Below the pieces are notes generated by a model, which was not told the DNA's origin, made no database searches, and saw only the letters and a program-made list of their open reading frames with translations. The position numbers and the translations under genes were made by a program. DNA of 64,000 nucleotides from Phoronis australis (taxonomy: Eukaryota > Animalia > Phoronida), in assembly GCA_002633005.1 (NCBI GenBank), contig NMRA01000089.1, positions 731,895-795,894 on the forward strand, in the 5' to 3' direction. Positions 1 to 12,300 of the stretch are shown piece after piece (position 1 is the first letter of the stretch; each line of letters starts with the position of its first letter).

Positions 1-457
1 ACATTTATAATGTTTATACCAGTGTAACGAACGAAAATAACGCACAAGAATACAAATTTCGCTGGCCAGGTAATTCCAAGCGTGCTTATATAATGAGTTC
101 AGATCCATGCCTGAACCTTGTTATGGAGACCAACTCCCCATGTGCTACTGAGGTTACTATCTGTGACAAGCCCTCACGAGTCATGGCTCAGGAGAAGCAT
201 ATGTTCCATCTGCTTCATCCAACAGTACTCATGGTCAGAGTTCCTAGTTCTAAGCGCCATCTTGAGGTTTGGGGACAAATCTGCTGTTTGTGAGTAATCC
301 CGTAAATTAACGATCCTAATTTCGTGGATATTGCGTTACTCCCTATTTTAATAGTTAGTTCATGGAGAAAATAGTTTATTGTGGTTTTCGTAACTCCCGC
401 AGTGTTAAAATAGTGGTTGTTTAATTCCAGGAGAAGACTATGCACGACCGGTTAGAC

Positions 458-492
458 CATAGACATCTTAATACTATAGTGTTATGTCTATG
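458..492. mobile_element. 35-bp P-element-like remnant or excision footprint with 8-bp TSD
   Basis: TIRs CATAGACAT (458-466) and ATGTCTATG (484-492), flanked by the perfect direct repeat GGTTAGAC (450-457, 493-500). Confidence 0.7.
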
Positions 493-1009
493 GGTTAGAC
501 AATTACTATTTGAAATAATTTTCTGATGACAATTTTTGACATAACCATCAATGGAAACATGGAGTGCATTGTATTACATGTATGTACCACCTTGTGTTTT
601 GTTTTCGTGTTCTCTGCAGTTGTTAGGCAGTTCTGAAGAGCTATTTTCTGATTTTCTCACATTTCAACTTAATTATCTTATTTTTCGGTGACGATGATGG
701 ACTGTTAAATCCAGCAAAACGTTGCATGGTTTTTGGTTCCTAGCATTCGTGTGGTAAAGGTCCTGCAGTGTGTGATTACCTTTGTGCAGGCGTTTCCACG
801 AGTAGGATTCTTATTTTCCTAGCACCGTATGGTGAATTTTGAATTCCCGTTTTGTGTTGTAGTACCGGTAATAACGTACACTAGATGATTGTTGACTATC
901 GTGTTGATTGCAAAACGCTTATGAATAAACGTGTATCATAACCACTGCGTAATTTTTGTATTTGTATTGCGTGCATGGAAACACATTTATACATCGTAGG
1001 CCTATTTTA

Positions 1010-1120
1010 TGGTATTGCATACATGCATGCATACTTACATACACACACGCATGCATACATACAGGCAAACAGACAGAAAGACGGACAGGCAGGCATACGT
1101 ACGTACATTCATACATACTG
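1010..1120. repeat. Degenerate tetranucleotide microsatellite (CATA/CATG/CAGA/CAGG)
   Basis: Run gcatacatgcatgcatacttacatacacacacgcatgcatacatacaggcaaacagacagaaagacggacaggcaggcatacg. Confidence 0.7.
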
Positions 1121-1726
1121 AAGTCACTCCGGACAAAGCAATGAAAAACGAATAAGAAAGTTGGTGCAGAAATGTACATTTAAATTACATGAAAATACTA
1201 ATCAGTAAAATATGATTATCAAAATAATTGATGGTTACGACACAGGCATCCAGTTTATGACCTTGTAACAACACATGCCGATACCTTCGTGTAGGTGTTT
1301 TACCAATGGTGTCAGTGACGTCTTTTACCCATGCTTGTAGTTTATTAACATGGCCATGTCAAGTCCCTGGGATTATTTTGAATACAATATATATTCCATC
1401 ATTTACCTTGTGAACATATGTACATTACGATGTACTCTAAATACTAAATTTATTAATAGTAGTTCTGCATGGTCATCTCGTCTTGGAAAATAAGTAAACA
1501 CGCACAACCCAGGGTTCAATTTCGCTTTTCTACCCACATCGTTTGAAAGCTGTGTATTTATATAGTATTTTATCAAGTTTAGACAGTCTGCTACACCGTT
1601 CAGTTCATTTGTTGTTCTACACACTCAAACAGTGGCTCAAGTGTAGAAAAGTGGGTGATGCGTTGCCATGTTGTCACTGACACTTTCCTAAAAGTGGCTT
1701 AGAACGTGACAAGCAGACTACCGGTA

Positions 1727-2118
1727 AATAGGGTCATCCCGGATTACACAGCGACACTTTAATCTCGCTGTGGTATTTACCCATGACGTCGTAAACATCC
1801 GTCTGGCACATTTCCTGTCTCGTTTTCATGCCACTGGAGTTTCACATGCTATTCACTATCTGATTTTTTAACAAGTTTTTATCGATTGCATTGCTCTATT
1901 CGTCCTTCAAGTGTCAACGAAGTGCTGCTGCTGTGCAGTGGGCTGCAACTCCGACGTGAGACAGTTTTATAAACTGGACAATTACCCGTGGATGCGTGAT
2001 CTGAAATTTTTCGCCTTGTGAGAAACAAAAATGTGCCTGATTTCCAAACCGAGGTCACGCGCTTTACCTCCGGGCTAAAGAAGAGTTCTATTGCCGTGTA
2101 ATCCGGGACAACCCTATT
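1727..2118. mobile_element. MITE (~390 bp) with ~28-bp imperfect terminal inverted repeats
   Basis: Left aatagggtcatcccggattacacagcga matches the reverse complement of right ttgccgtgtaatccgggacaaccctatt. No coding capacity. Confidence 0.7.
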
Positions 2119-2755
2119 GCAATATTCAATGTGTCAATCTGTCAAGTTGTTCACCAGTTTTTTTACCTTCCTCCAACAACAACAAACGAATCAAATAGTC
2201 TGCCATTTTGTGATCTCAGTTTCTGACCTGATGACGTCATGTATTTACCCGAATGCCAGCCTATCAGCCAACTGAATGTTTCAATTCTTGAGTTCAAAAA
2301 ATGCAAATGGCGGCGGAGTGACACGTGAATAAGTTCTTTAGAAGGGCTAGATTTCTTGCAATTATATTCGCCGGTATTATTTATTAAGATAAATGTGTTC
2401 ACGCGATCTCAATTTCGACGTGTGCAGGGAAATATTTGATGTGCAATTCGAGTGCGCTATGCGTGACTTAATTCTACAGCACGGACATCCAACCCTGTTT
2501 AATTGTTGGTTTATCGACTACAGACAGACTGACAAAGTTATAGCGGTATGTCTCCTTTCAAAAGTTATAAAAATTTATATTCACGTGTCTTGATTGCTTT
2601 TTTGCGTGATTCCATATCATCTAAGTCGCCAACTCGTGTATAACGCTGTCACGTCACACCTTTTTAGTTTCTGAAGTCGGAAGGTGAAGTTAGTCATCGG
2701 GCCATCACTTCCACTAAAATCTGCTGAAGGAGGTTTTTAATAAATTGGAGCCACA

Positions 2756-3430
2756 ATGGCCGTTTCGCCTTCCGGCCTCAAGGACGTAACCCTTACTCGA
2801 ATGGACACAGGGTTAGGATTCAACATACGCGGTGGAAAGGATCACCCTTTTCACAAATTCGACAACGGGATATTTGTAACAAAAATTCACCCTAATGGTG
2901 CAGCATATGCCGACGAAAGGCTCAAAGAAGGTGATAAAATTGTTGAGGTCAATGGTAAATCCTTGTTGGAGTTAACGCATTATGAAGCCGTAGATATTAT
3001 TAAATCGGCGGGTCTGCTAGTGAAAATGAAAGTTCTTCCAAAGGAGAGAGTCCAATCAAAGGCTCCGCTTACACAGGCCCCTGCACAGACTATCAAACAA
3101 GCAACAGTTCAAGAAATGAAGACGCTACCTGGAAAACAACAGGCGACTAAAAGAGTAGCGGACAGGACACCCGGGTTTTCAACAACGGAGAGTCGTCCGG
3201 GGAGTGTGCCTGCGAATAGACGACCACGAAGTAGGTCGAGCAGCAGATCACGTAGCAGGCCCAACAGTAGGGTTTCATCTGCAACCCCCGAACCTAAACT
3301 CTGTCGCGAGAAGTCGATCGTCCAAGAAGCGGAGAGCGGGGTGGGGCTTCTTTTACCAGGACTTCTGGGCTTGGTCGCTGCTGGTCTTCTTGGGGCACTT
3401 GTTATCAGAAAGTACGCGACAACAGTTTGA
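2756..3430 (+). CDS. SYNJ2BP: Synaptojanin-2-binding protein/OMP25-like: N-terminal PDZ domain, S/R-rich linker, C-terminal transmembrane tail anchor; single exon
   Basis: PDZ signature [46 protein letters not shown]-terminal hydrophobic segment [23 protein letters not shown] followed by RK. Kozak acaATGG; AATAAA at 3613-3618. Confidence 0.8.
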   Translation: MAVSPSGLKDVTLTRMDTGLGFNIRGGKDHPFHKFDNGIFVTKIHPNGAAYADERLKEGDKIVEVNGKSLLELTHYEAVDIIKSAGLLVKMKVLPKERVQSKAPLTQAPAQTIKQATVQEMKTLPGKQQATKRVADRTPGFSTTESRPGSVPANRRPRSRSSSRSRSRPNSRVSSATPEPKLCREKSIVQEAESGVGLLLPGLLGLVAAGLLGALVIRKYATTV

Positions 3431-6374
3431 AAGAATTTAGACACAGAAAACGAGAGAAGGAAAAAGATCAATGATTTTAAGTTAAGAATAATAATCGAGA
3501 AAATTGAGAACATAAACGTAGCTGATCATGGTTCTAATTTTCCTCTTCATTTATTAGCTTTACAAAGCTGTATAAATGTACAGTTTTGTATGTATCCGTT
3601 ATATCTGTTTGAAATAAATCCTGGTATAAAATAATGCCATTAAAACTGTAGTTCCCCTTGATTAAATTATTTTTCATTGTCATTGCTCGAAATTGCCTTT
3701 ATTACGTTATTCTGCAGCTAAATTTTTGGAACGATCATGTACATCGCTAAAAATTAGAACGCCATATTGGCCAATTTTTTGCTGAACGGTTTACCAGCAC
3801 TTCGAAACAAAATACCAGAATTTGTCATTTACTTTGTTGAAATTTTGAGCGTTGTCGCGGTCTTCCAAGACGTGTAGTCACTTACGAACTCGTAATTGGA
3901 TCAAGAAGGCGGACGACTGTAGTCCTTTAGGACGGCTTACGTCAGTCTGTAGTAGAGAACCTACAAACGCTGTCGAGAGCTGTTAAAGTTTGTTGCATCT
4001 TTCAAACGTTCCATGAATTGCTTCTGCTTTGGTCGTGTTTACTTTTTATCAAGGAAATGTTTTGGACAATAAAAAAGTCATACCACTTTTCATTCCAATA
4101 AATCTCTTTCAGCAATGACCAACTCATCTCATGACGAAGTTTTCCAAGGGTTTCACACTGAAGGCCTTTTTTATAGATATAGAAATTGAAGCGAAAAGTC
4201 GAGTTAATATTAAAGTAAGCAAAATTGTGCACAACCACGAGAATTGCACATAGATATGTTGTAATTTTAAACATCTTCAATATTTTCATATTTTATCTCA
4301 GTCAAATGTTGTTGAGAACCGACTCGTCGAAGTATTTTGTGCTACGCCGTAAATCCGGTGTCAATAGTCGCAAATGTTAAAAAATTGCCCACTTAAAGGA
4401 TTATTTGTTTATTGAATGGGTGCCAAAATTCCAAATTTACGTCATAGTTTACACTTAAATGGACTTCCAGGTTGTCAGCCGATGCCGTGGAGATCAATAG
4501 TAGTGATAATTTGCCATTTGATGTCAGTGTATCATGCTTGAAAGACGTGATTTTTCTTTGTATCGAGGATAACTATCAGTCTGAACCGGACGTCGGGAAA
4601 AAGTGGCTGAATGCGAATTACCCGTATTTACAGAGATCATTTAAATGCGTTCCAAAATCGAGCGTACGTAGGAGCTGTCAGAAATAAAAACGAATGTGTG
4701 GCAATCGTGAATATTTTGGAAATGGCATAATTGCAACATTTGCAAATTTCGCAGATAACGTATTTTGAAAAAAAATATTGATTTTAACCGCTCCCATTGT
4801 CCCGCATTCTGCCTTAAGAAATATTCACAGTGGTGAACGAAACCTTGGACTTTTTTCAGTCACTCGATTCGGCCAGGTAAACCCTGCAGTATAAGGCCTG
4901 TATACGAGTGGCCAGGATTAACTTACTTATCGGGCCGCCGGAAGTATGGGTGACGATTGTGCCCGGGAGCGGGGAGGGACGACACACTGCGCATGTTCTG
5001 AATCACATGTAGACGTCACTAGCTTCAATAAAAAGGACGAGTGTGGTGTAAACTAATTGAAAAATTCCTCCATTTCAAAGCGGTATTCTACACGTGACAT
5101 GGACCTCGCGCTTAACTAAAACCGGCAACTTGATGACTAATCGGCTCGTATTCGCAATACTTGAAATAGACATCGTCTAGAGTTCGTTAGTCCTTTAAGT
5201 AAATCCCAGCCCTAAAAACAAAGACCCGTTTTTGTGGAATTATTCCTATTATCTCTTAAGTAAAAGATTAAGGGCAGTAGGAAAATTTCAAATGTACCAG
5301 TAGCGCTCTCTACCAAAAGATACTTTACATAGTCACCAAACAGTTCAAGTACGTTTGGAGTTCTTGGTTTACCCTTTGAGAAATTACAAATATGAGGTGC
5401 TAATGCAGACTGTTTCAGAACAGTGTCGTGTTGGTTCTGGTTCTGTGCTACTGTTAATAGTGGTGTGTATAGAAACAAAAACAAATCAACTAGTTTTGCA
5501 TTTTCAATAAGTTACACGTGACATGACGTTTTGCATTCCTATTTCAGCGTCAGTGAGAGAATACATGACATTGTAGAGATGACAAATTTCCTTCCGACAT
5601 CGCAATCCAATAGCATGTGAGACAAATAGCGTTATAACGTAAAATTCCAATCATTCTTAATCTGTCGGGAAAAGTCAAAACGGCAAATTTCCCATAATGC
5701 ATTGTCTAAGCCTGCATACCAAAAAATACTTATTTATTATCTAGGCTTAATAGAATAATTCACATCATCCTCAATTTGTCAAGAAATGATTTCGTTATTG
5801 AGCGACAAGCATCCCTTCTCGTGTAAGTTACATACTACATTATTGCAGTCAAAGGCAAATTTTAACACTTGTACACACAAAACGATCTCCAACAAATCCC
5901 GCTTTCACACAAAGAACAAAAGTTTTCAAAGCGTCCTCTGTCTTTTAAAACAAGCCAAGAGCAGTCCAAAGGAAAACGGAGCTTTCCATCCTGGCAACTA
6001 TTAATCAGAGGGCACCCACATGGCAGTTGAAAATCCTAGCTGCCACGGCCAGTATACGCAAGGCGATATGGACCTGCGGGGTCTGCAAGACAGGGAGAGA
6101 ATAGTTTGGGAACTCACTGGGAAATACTGGCTACAGTAACAGAATGTAAATGGGAATCGTAATAGTTTGTATATGGAACAAAACAAAACAATAAAAGCAA
6201 ATTTAACAAGAAAAATATTAACAGTGACGCATGACCAGATAAAAACTGAGCTTAAGTAAACAACACACAAGTAACTGAGATCGAGATGGAAATACAGTGT
6301 ATGACTGCACATTCACATGTCAATCGCACAAAGCAAAAACGATTTCATCGTGTGCAAGGAAGCTCGTGTTTGCA

Positions 6375-9300
6375 TCATTGGTTGTTTCCATCGGTTAACC
6401 CTGTTAGCCTTAAGCTGATGTTCCAAAGTCGCTCGGCGTCTTCCTCACAACAAGCTTCTCTGCTGACCTTTGCTATCCGACAATCTCTAAAAGCAAGAGC
6501 AATGACAGTTGAGAATCTTCACTAACGCTAAGGCGACAGTTCATACAGGCACAACCAACTATTTTATTTTGATCAATAAACATAGCCTCACTGAAGCACA
6601 TGACAATCCTGTTTCAGTGAGAAACACGTTGTCTGTTTAACAATTGACTTTCACACAGATGACGTAGAACCAGCGATGGCTGGAATACATACGAGTTCTG
6701 TCAAAGCCTGGCCTGGTTTTCTCAGCAAGCAATAGACAAAGCACATCTTAGAACATATGTACGGATGGTAAAGGCTGTGTTTTATGCGCGCTCTTTCCGG
6801 TGTTATCACTTCACCAACTACTTCACTAAAACAACGAAGATTTCGTTTATTCAGTCTTGCACGGGTTTGAAGCACTATTCCAAATCCAAGAAATATCCGG
6901 GACAATGTTAGTAAACTGTAGAGGCCATTTTGTTGGTGCACCACCAAAAAATTAAAAAAATAAAGAGGTTATCGCAAAAAATTGTTGGTTATTTCTTCAG
7001 GCCAAGTTCATAAATTTCTTCCCAGCCCAGAGGTCAGTTCTTAACCCACTAAGATACAAGATATGACCAATCTTATATCGGTAAATAGCCTGAATTAAAA
7101 TTTATTTTTTAACAGAAAACACAGGTTTAATGTCCCTTTAAACTAGAAAAGCTCTTTATTTGAAAGAAGAATGACATCACTTTGAAAAAAAACAACATAT
7201 TTTTGAAAAGTTTTGACTTGATTTGTTTTGCTTTAAATTTCGTCTTTAAGTAAAATGAAACGGAAGGAGTACCCGTAATGTCAAAACTGATAACAAGCTA
7301 TTACAAACACACAGAGTTAATTTACATTTTTTACTGTCTCAAAAAATTCGAAGGAAAAGCTAAAACATTGACAAGTACTTACGAGAAGTATTCCCCGCTC
7401 TTATTGACCAAGTGAGGGCATACTGAACAATGAACTTGCGTTTGACAACCCTGCCAAGGCGTTTTACAAGAAAGGTAAAAAGCGATGTCAACTAATTTAG
7501 ACATCAACCATGTGCAACGTAGATGTCGATCTAGCGATGTTTTCACGATACCAGGATTCGCGGCATAAGTCTCCACTCCTGTACCTGCAAATATTGCAAA
7601 CTACTTTTAATCCAAGTGAAGCGATTCGGTGGTGCATGTGCACTCGGTGAAGGACTGTTGAGCAGACACTCGGGCGTTGCTACAGCAGAGAGTATAAGGG
7701 TTCTCATGTTTGTTACCAAAATACCCAAGCTGTTTCTAACACCGCCCGATTATGATCCAGGATTTGCCTCCGCCATTTGGAGCATGCCGAGAACATTTTG
7801 TATCACAAATTTCCTAGTATTATTGAACACTACGCTTAATAACTACTGAAGCCAGACTTTAAAAATACAGTCATCTAAATTCGACTGCTTGTCACTTTGA
7901 CATTTTCTTTTTACTAACGGTGCTGTCATCACCATATGTAGACGTTTTTAAATATATATTATTCCCATATTCTTATGAAGTTCAAAACTTGGACTTGTAC
8001 GGCACCTTGTTTGTTGATTTACAATTTTCCGATGGCATTAAACCCTCAGTACCTTGCAGTCTCTTAGAAAGGGCTTTTGTGAAGAGTATGTTGGCCAATT
8101 TACTCTGTGTGTAAGCTGCTAGTGGATTGTAACTCTTGTCATTGTTTAAGTCATCCCAGTTCATCGAGGCTCCTGTAAAAATCATGGTGAAATTATGTTT
8201 TCACTCATGTCTTCGCAATTTTTACTATTATGTGCGATTTTTTTAAATCAAATCACACCGGTCTCTGTTGCAAACAGTAAAAAATATACATAATTGTAAT
8301 AAGTGGCAAGAGACCACTTCAAATTGTCGCAAAATACAATTTCATCAATGTCTTCAAATATAGAGTGGACAAGCACATGTCAAGTCAGCTACAATTACCA
8401 GGAACCAAAATGAAGAGCATTACTAGGCGATTTCGGAAAATCAAGTCGAGTGGTTCATTTCTAAAACACTAAAAATATGCAAAATATAGCCAAGGACATG
8501 AGACCATCATTACAAATTTTAGCAAAAACATTCCTTCAAAGGCCACTTAATTTGACAATGTTATAAATGTCATGATCTTGGAAGATTATTTGTAGATGGT
8601 GTATAACTAGGTCTTTTAGAGCGGTGTAACTTTTAATGAGTTTCTAAACAGGCTAGTTTTCTTCCACTGCAGCTGTGTAAAGCAAATGGTTAGGAGAGAA
8701 CAGACGTCGGTAGCCGAAGTGTCTTCGAGTGGACGCTGTCACGGTCACGGCATGCACTATTGGTATATTTAAATCATGATTGGCTGTCCCACTCAGCAAC
8801 AACAGAAGCAAAGCTTGGTCTGTTACAGTATACGAGAACTCACGAGATTGTATAGTTACAAGCGACAAGACAGAAGGAAATAATTATATTGCTTCCACAA
8901 TATCTAAGAAGCGCCAACCTTTATGAACAAACGACGTAACATTGACAACCCTGCTACGGCCGGTCTTCTTCAATAGGTCTAGAAGCAGGTTTGTAAGTAA
9001 AAAGTGTCCCAAATGATTTACAGCAAAGTGCGTCTCGAATCCGTTTTCTGAAACTCCTTTAGGGCAAGCCATGACACCTGTAAATGTAAAGTTAATATTA
9101 GTAGGCACTTTCCATGTATGCATATCGAAGTTGATTTGTTTTCAAAATTTGTTCTACCCTATGTTATTACAGATATGTAGGTTTGAGCTCATTCAAACCT
9201 CTATGATCTCTGTGAATTCAAAACTTGTTTATTAGACTCCATCAAAAGGTCCTGAAAATAAACGTTAACTTCATTTAAATACCTGAGTAGTTTTCAGGAC

Positions 9301-12300
9301 TAACCATTGTATCATATGTCGCGCTCAAAGCTGTTTTTCTGCGACGTACGTATTAATGAGATTCCATCACAGTTCAGCTGTAGTTGATCGATGATAAAAC
9401 CCATTAAACGGCCTCAATCCCCAAAGTCAGTAAACATGAGCATGCAGTCAACAAAAATAAAGTGTAACAACTGGCAGTGAACAGGTGGTTCAAACCGGAA
9501 TTCCGTCAAAGATGAACATATGATTTAGACCACATACAATCTCAACTTTTCCTCACTCAAGTTAGAGGTGATTTACGAGACCTGAATGAACTGGTAGTTA
9601 ATCGTTATTGTTCGAAGGCATGCTCAACACATAAGATAACCCCCGTGACAAATCACTTGGGTTAATTCTAAGGCAATCACCAACTGCTACTTCTTTCCAA
9701 GCGTAAAAATCATCTCTGACATGAGTAAGGAACAAACCGATATGACCAAATTTCATTATTATAAGTGGTGTGGTCAGTCTCAAAATACACCTGCATTATT
9801 AAGGAGCACGTCCAATCTATCCTCCGTACTGTCAATCATCTTCACAAAGTCACGTATAGACTTGAATGACGCCAAGTCTAACTGATGAACAATTATGTTT
9901 TCATTTCCGCTATCGTTGCGCACGAAGGTTGCAGTCGCCTCAGCTTTGACAACGTCTCTACAAGCCAGAATAACCCGGGCACCTGAGGTTTAGAAAAACA
10001 ACAATGAATGCATACATAAGACTTCTCAACATTTAAACATTTGAAATGAGATTTTCATGGAACCTAGACTTATCGCGCGATTCGACCCTTCCTGCATACA
10101 TAATTCTCTCTAATTTCCTCTCGCAGACGCATAATCCCCCTCCTGGACCACTTTTCCCGTTCCGCAGACATACTTATTTGCTCGCGTATGGACCAACTCT
10201 GCTTCCGCACTTTATTCCATGTCAGTGGCGCCACTTGCCGCAGTCAGTCGAGGTACTGGATTATTTCCGTAGCAGATAATTATTTGAATATAGTAAAACC
10301 AAATTAAGATGGTCTTAAATCGCTATATACGGTGAATGTCATTCAGATTATCGAAAATTCCCTGAAAAAACATCCATGGATACGGGATCACGGGATACTA
10401 GGACAACTGGCATTACTGAGCACCAAGTGATACCACTTCCGCAGCATCCTGGCCAATGTCTGAACACAGTTGTCAAATGATTCTGTTTGTAACTTTAATA
10501 ATCAAAAACTGGCGAGAATGTGTTTACAAGTAGACATTTTTCACAACTGATTTGTGCGTAGAGGTTTTATATCAGGTCATGCGAAATGATGCGAGAGATG
10601 GGAACGACATCCGAGGATAACTTTCGGGGATAGGGTGGGTCCGTCTGAGAATAAAAAATATGTTTGCGAGACGCGAAAATTGGTCCAGGGATTATGCGTC
10701 CACGGGAGTGGAATGCAGCGCGTAAGAGAAGAATTTTGAGCGTGGGCAGGCTAGAGTCGCATTAATTTAATGTAAATCGTTAGGTTTGACGAGTCCCTTA
10801 AACAAAAAAACGAGTCCCTTTTTCATATTTTCGAAAAATAATATGGATCTCTGCCACAATCGACACACTGTTCAAGGTTCGTATGACATCATATCCTGCG
10901 TTTTCATATTATTTTACGATTGTTGCATTTCGACATGAGCATTTATTTTTGAATTTATTTCACTTTTCAGTATCAAGCACGTGCATTAGTGCCCCAATGC
11001 TGCCTAAACTATAGGCGTTCTCTCTCCAAAGATACTACGAGAGCCCCAACCCTCCATGTCCGTACGGTCTCCCGGGGAGATACGTCTATAGGTAAAGCAC
11101 GGGTTTTTATAATAAGTAAAACAAGCCCATAACCGTGGGTAATGTATGCCTTGGGTATTTTTCACGACTGCACCGGCGGGAAATAGTTTGGGGCCTTTGT
11201 GTATATGCAACGCCAAAGGGTTCTTAAACGAGTACCTATCTACGCGTGAAATGTGCTTAATCTACGCGTACACTTGCTTATTATAAGCGTACTTTAATTT
11301 CTTAAACGATCATCGTTCTGCTCTTAGTCAATTTGAGAGCACGGGCTATACATGAAAAGTACGCGTAGATTAGCACATTCCTACGCGCAGAAAGGTACTC
11401 GTTTAAGAACCCTTTGGCGTTTTATATGTATAGACACCTTTCATCGAGAATGTTACACCTAAATCCACTTAAGTTTTTCGCCACGAATTTTCCACTGTCC
11501 TAATACACATGTATCTCAAATAATCATCCTTTCTAAAAACAGCAACTTTTCTTTTGGACATATTTGCGTTTAACTTCCATCTACTCAGTTACAATAGTAT
11601 TCTAATTTATAAATCAATTTCTGAATTACAACAGCTGTTTCGGAAAATAAAGCCAGATCACCAGCAAACGACAACATTATTTAAGACAATTTCCCCTAAT
11701 ACCAAAACTAATGAGCTTGTATTTTAATCCTTCTTAACGCACATACAGGTTATAGAAGTCATCCACAAATGGGTTTTGAATCTTCCGAGGGTGCGTATTT
11801 GAATATCGTTTCGAGTTTAGAAATTTTGCAGCGGCCGGTACCCACACTCGTCAAAACGAAGTGTCCCCCCGGTACGGCCTCTTTTTTCAAGTCTATTGAA
11901 AGTCATCATCCGATACCTTATCTAGTTGCCCCTTGCTTGTAATCCCTTCCTGTTTGTAGCCTGTACTAGTTGGAGATAACGGTAAACATACCTCTGTGCG
12001 CTAGGTTCAGTGCACTTTCTCTACCCAGACCACTGTTGGCGCCAGTAATGAGAACAGTTTTTCCATCCAATTGTGTAGGACATCTGCATATTCCAGGGGA
12101 GTACAACTTTCTCAGAAACCAATAGCCACCTGGTAATTACAATAGAATAACAGTTGTAGGCTTATTGACACAGGGGTATCCTTGCGACNAGCAATAATTG
12201 ACCCCTCAAGTAAAAATTTAAAATTTCAATGGCAATAACTTAATTGTTTGTCCACAATTCCAGGGTGCAATGATTTAAGTTCGAAATCGTATCTAGTTAA

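Noticed and set aside
93-293. 66-aa ORF with a donor-like GTGAGT near its end
   Set aside because: No recognisable homology in any frame and no supported partner exon.
2167-2206. MADYLI resembles the IMPDH N-terminus
   Set aside because: Similarity stops after six residues; no SGG/GLT/YNDF continuation nearby.
3109-3513. 134-aa minus-strand ORF
   Set aside because: Antisense shadow of the SYNJ2BP-like CDS.
9400-9550. tRNA or tRNA-derived SINE (minus-strand ggtttgaacc B-box-like, tggtctaa A-box-like)
   Set aside because: No cloverleaf and too degenerate to call.
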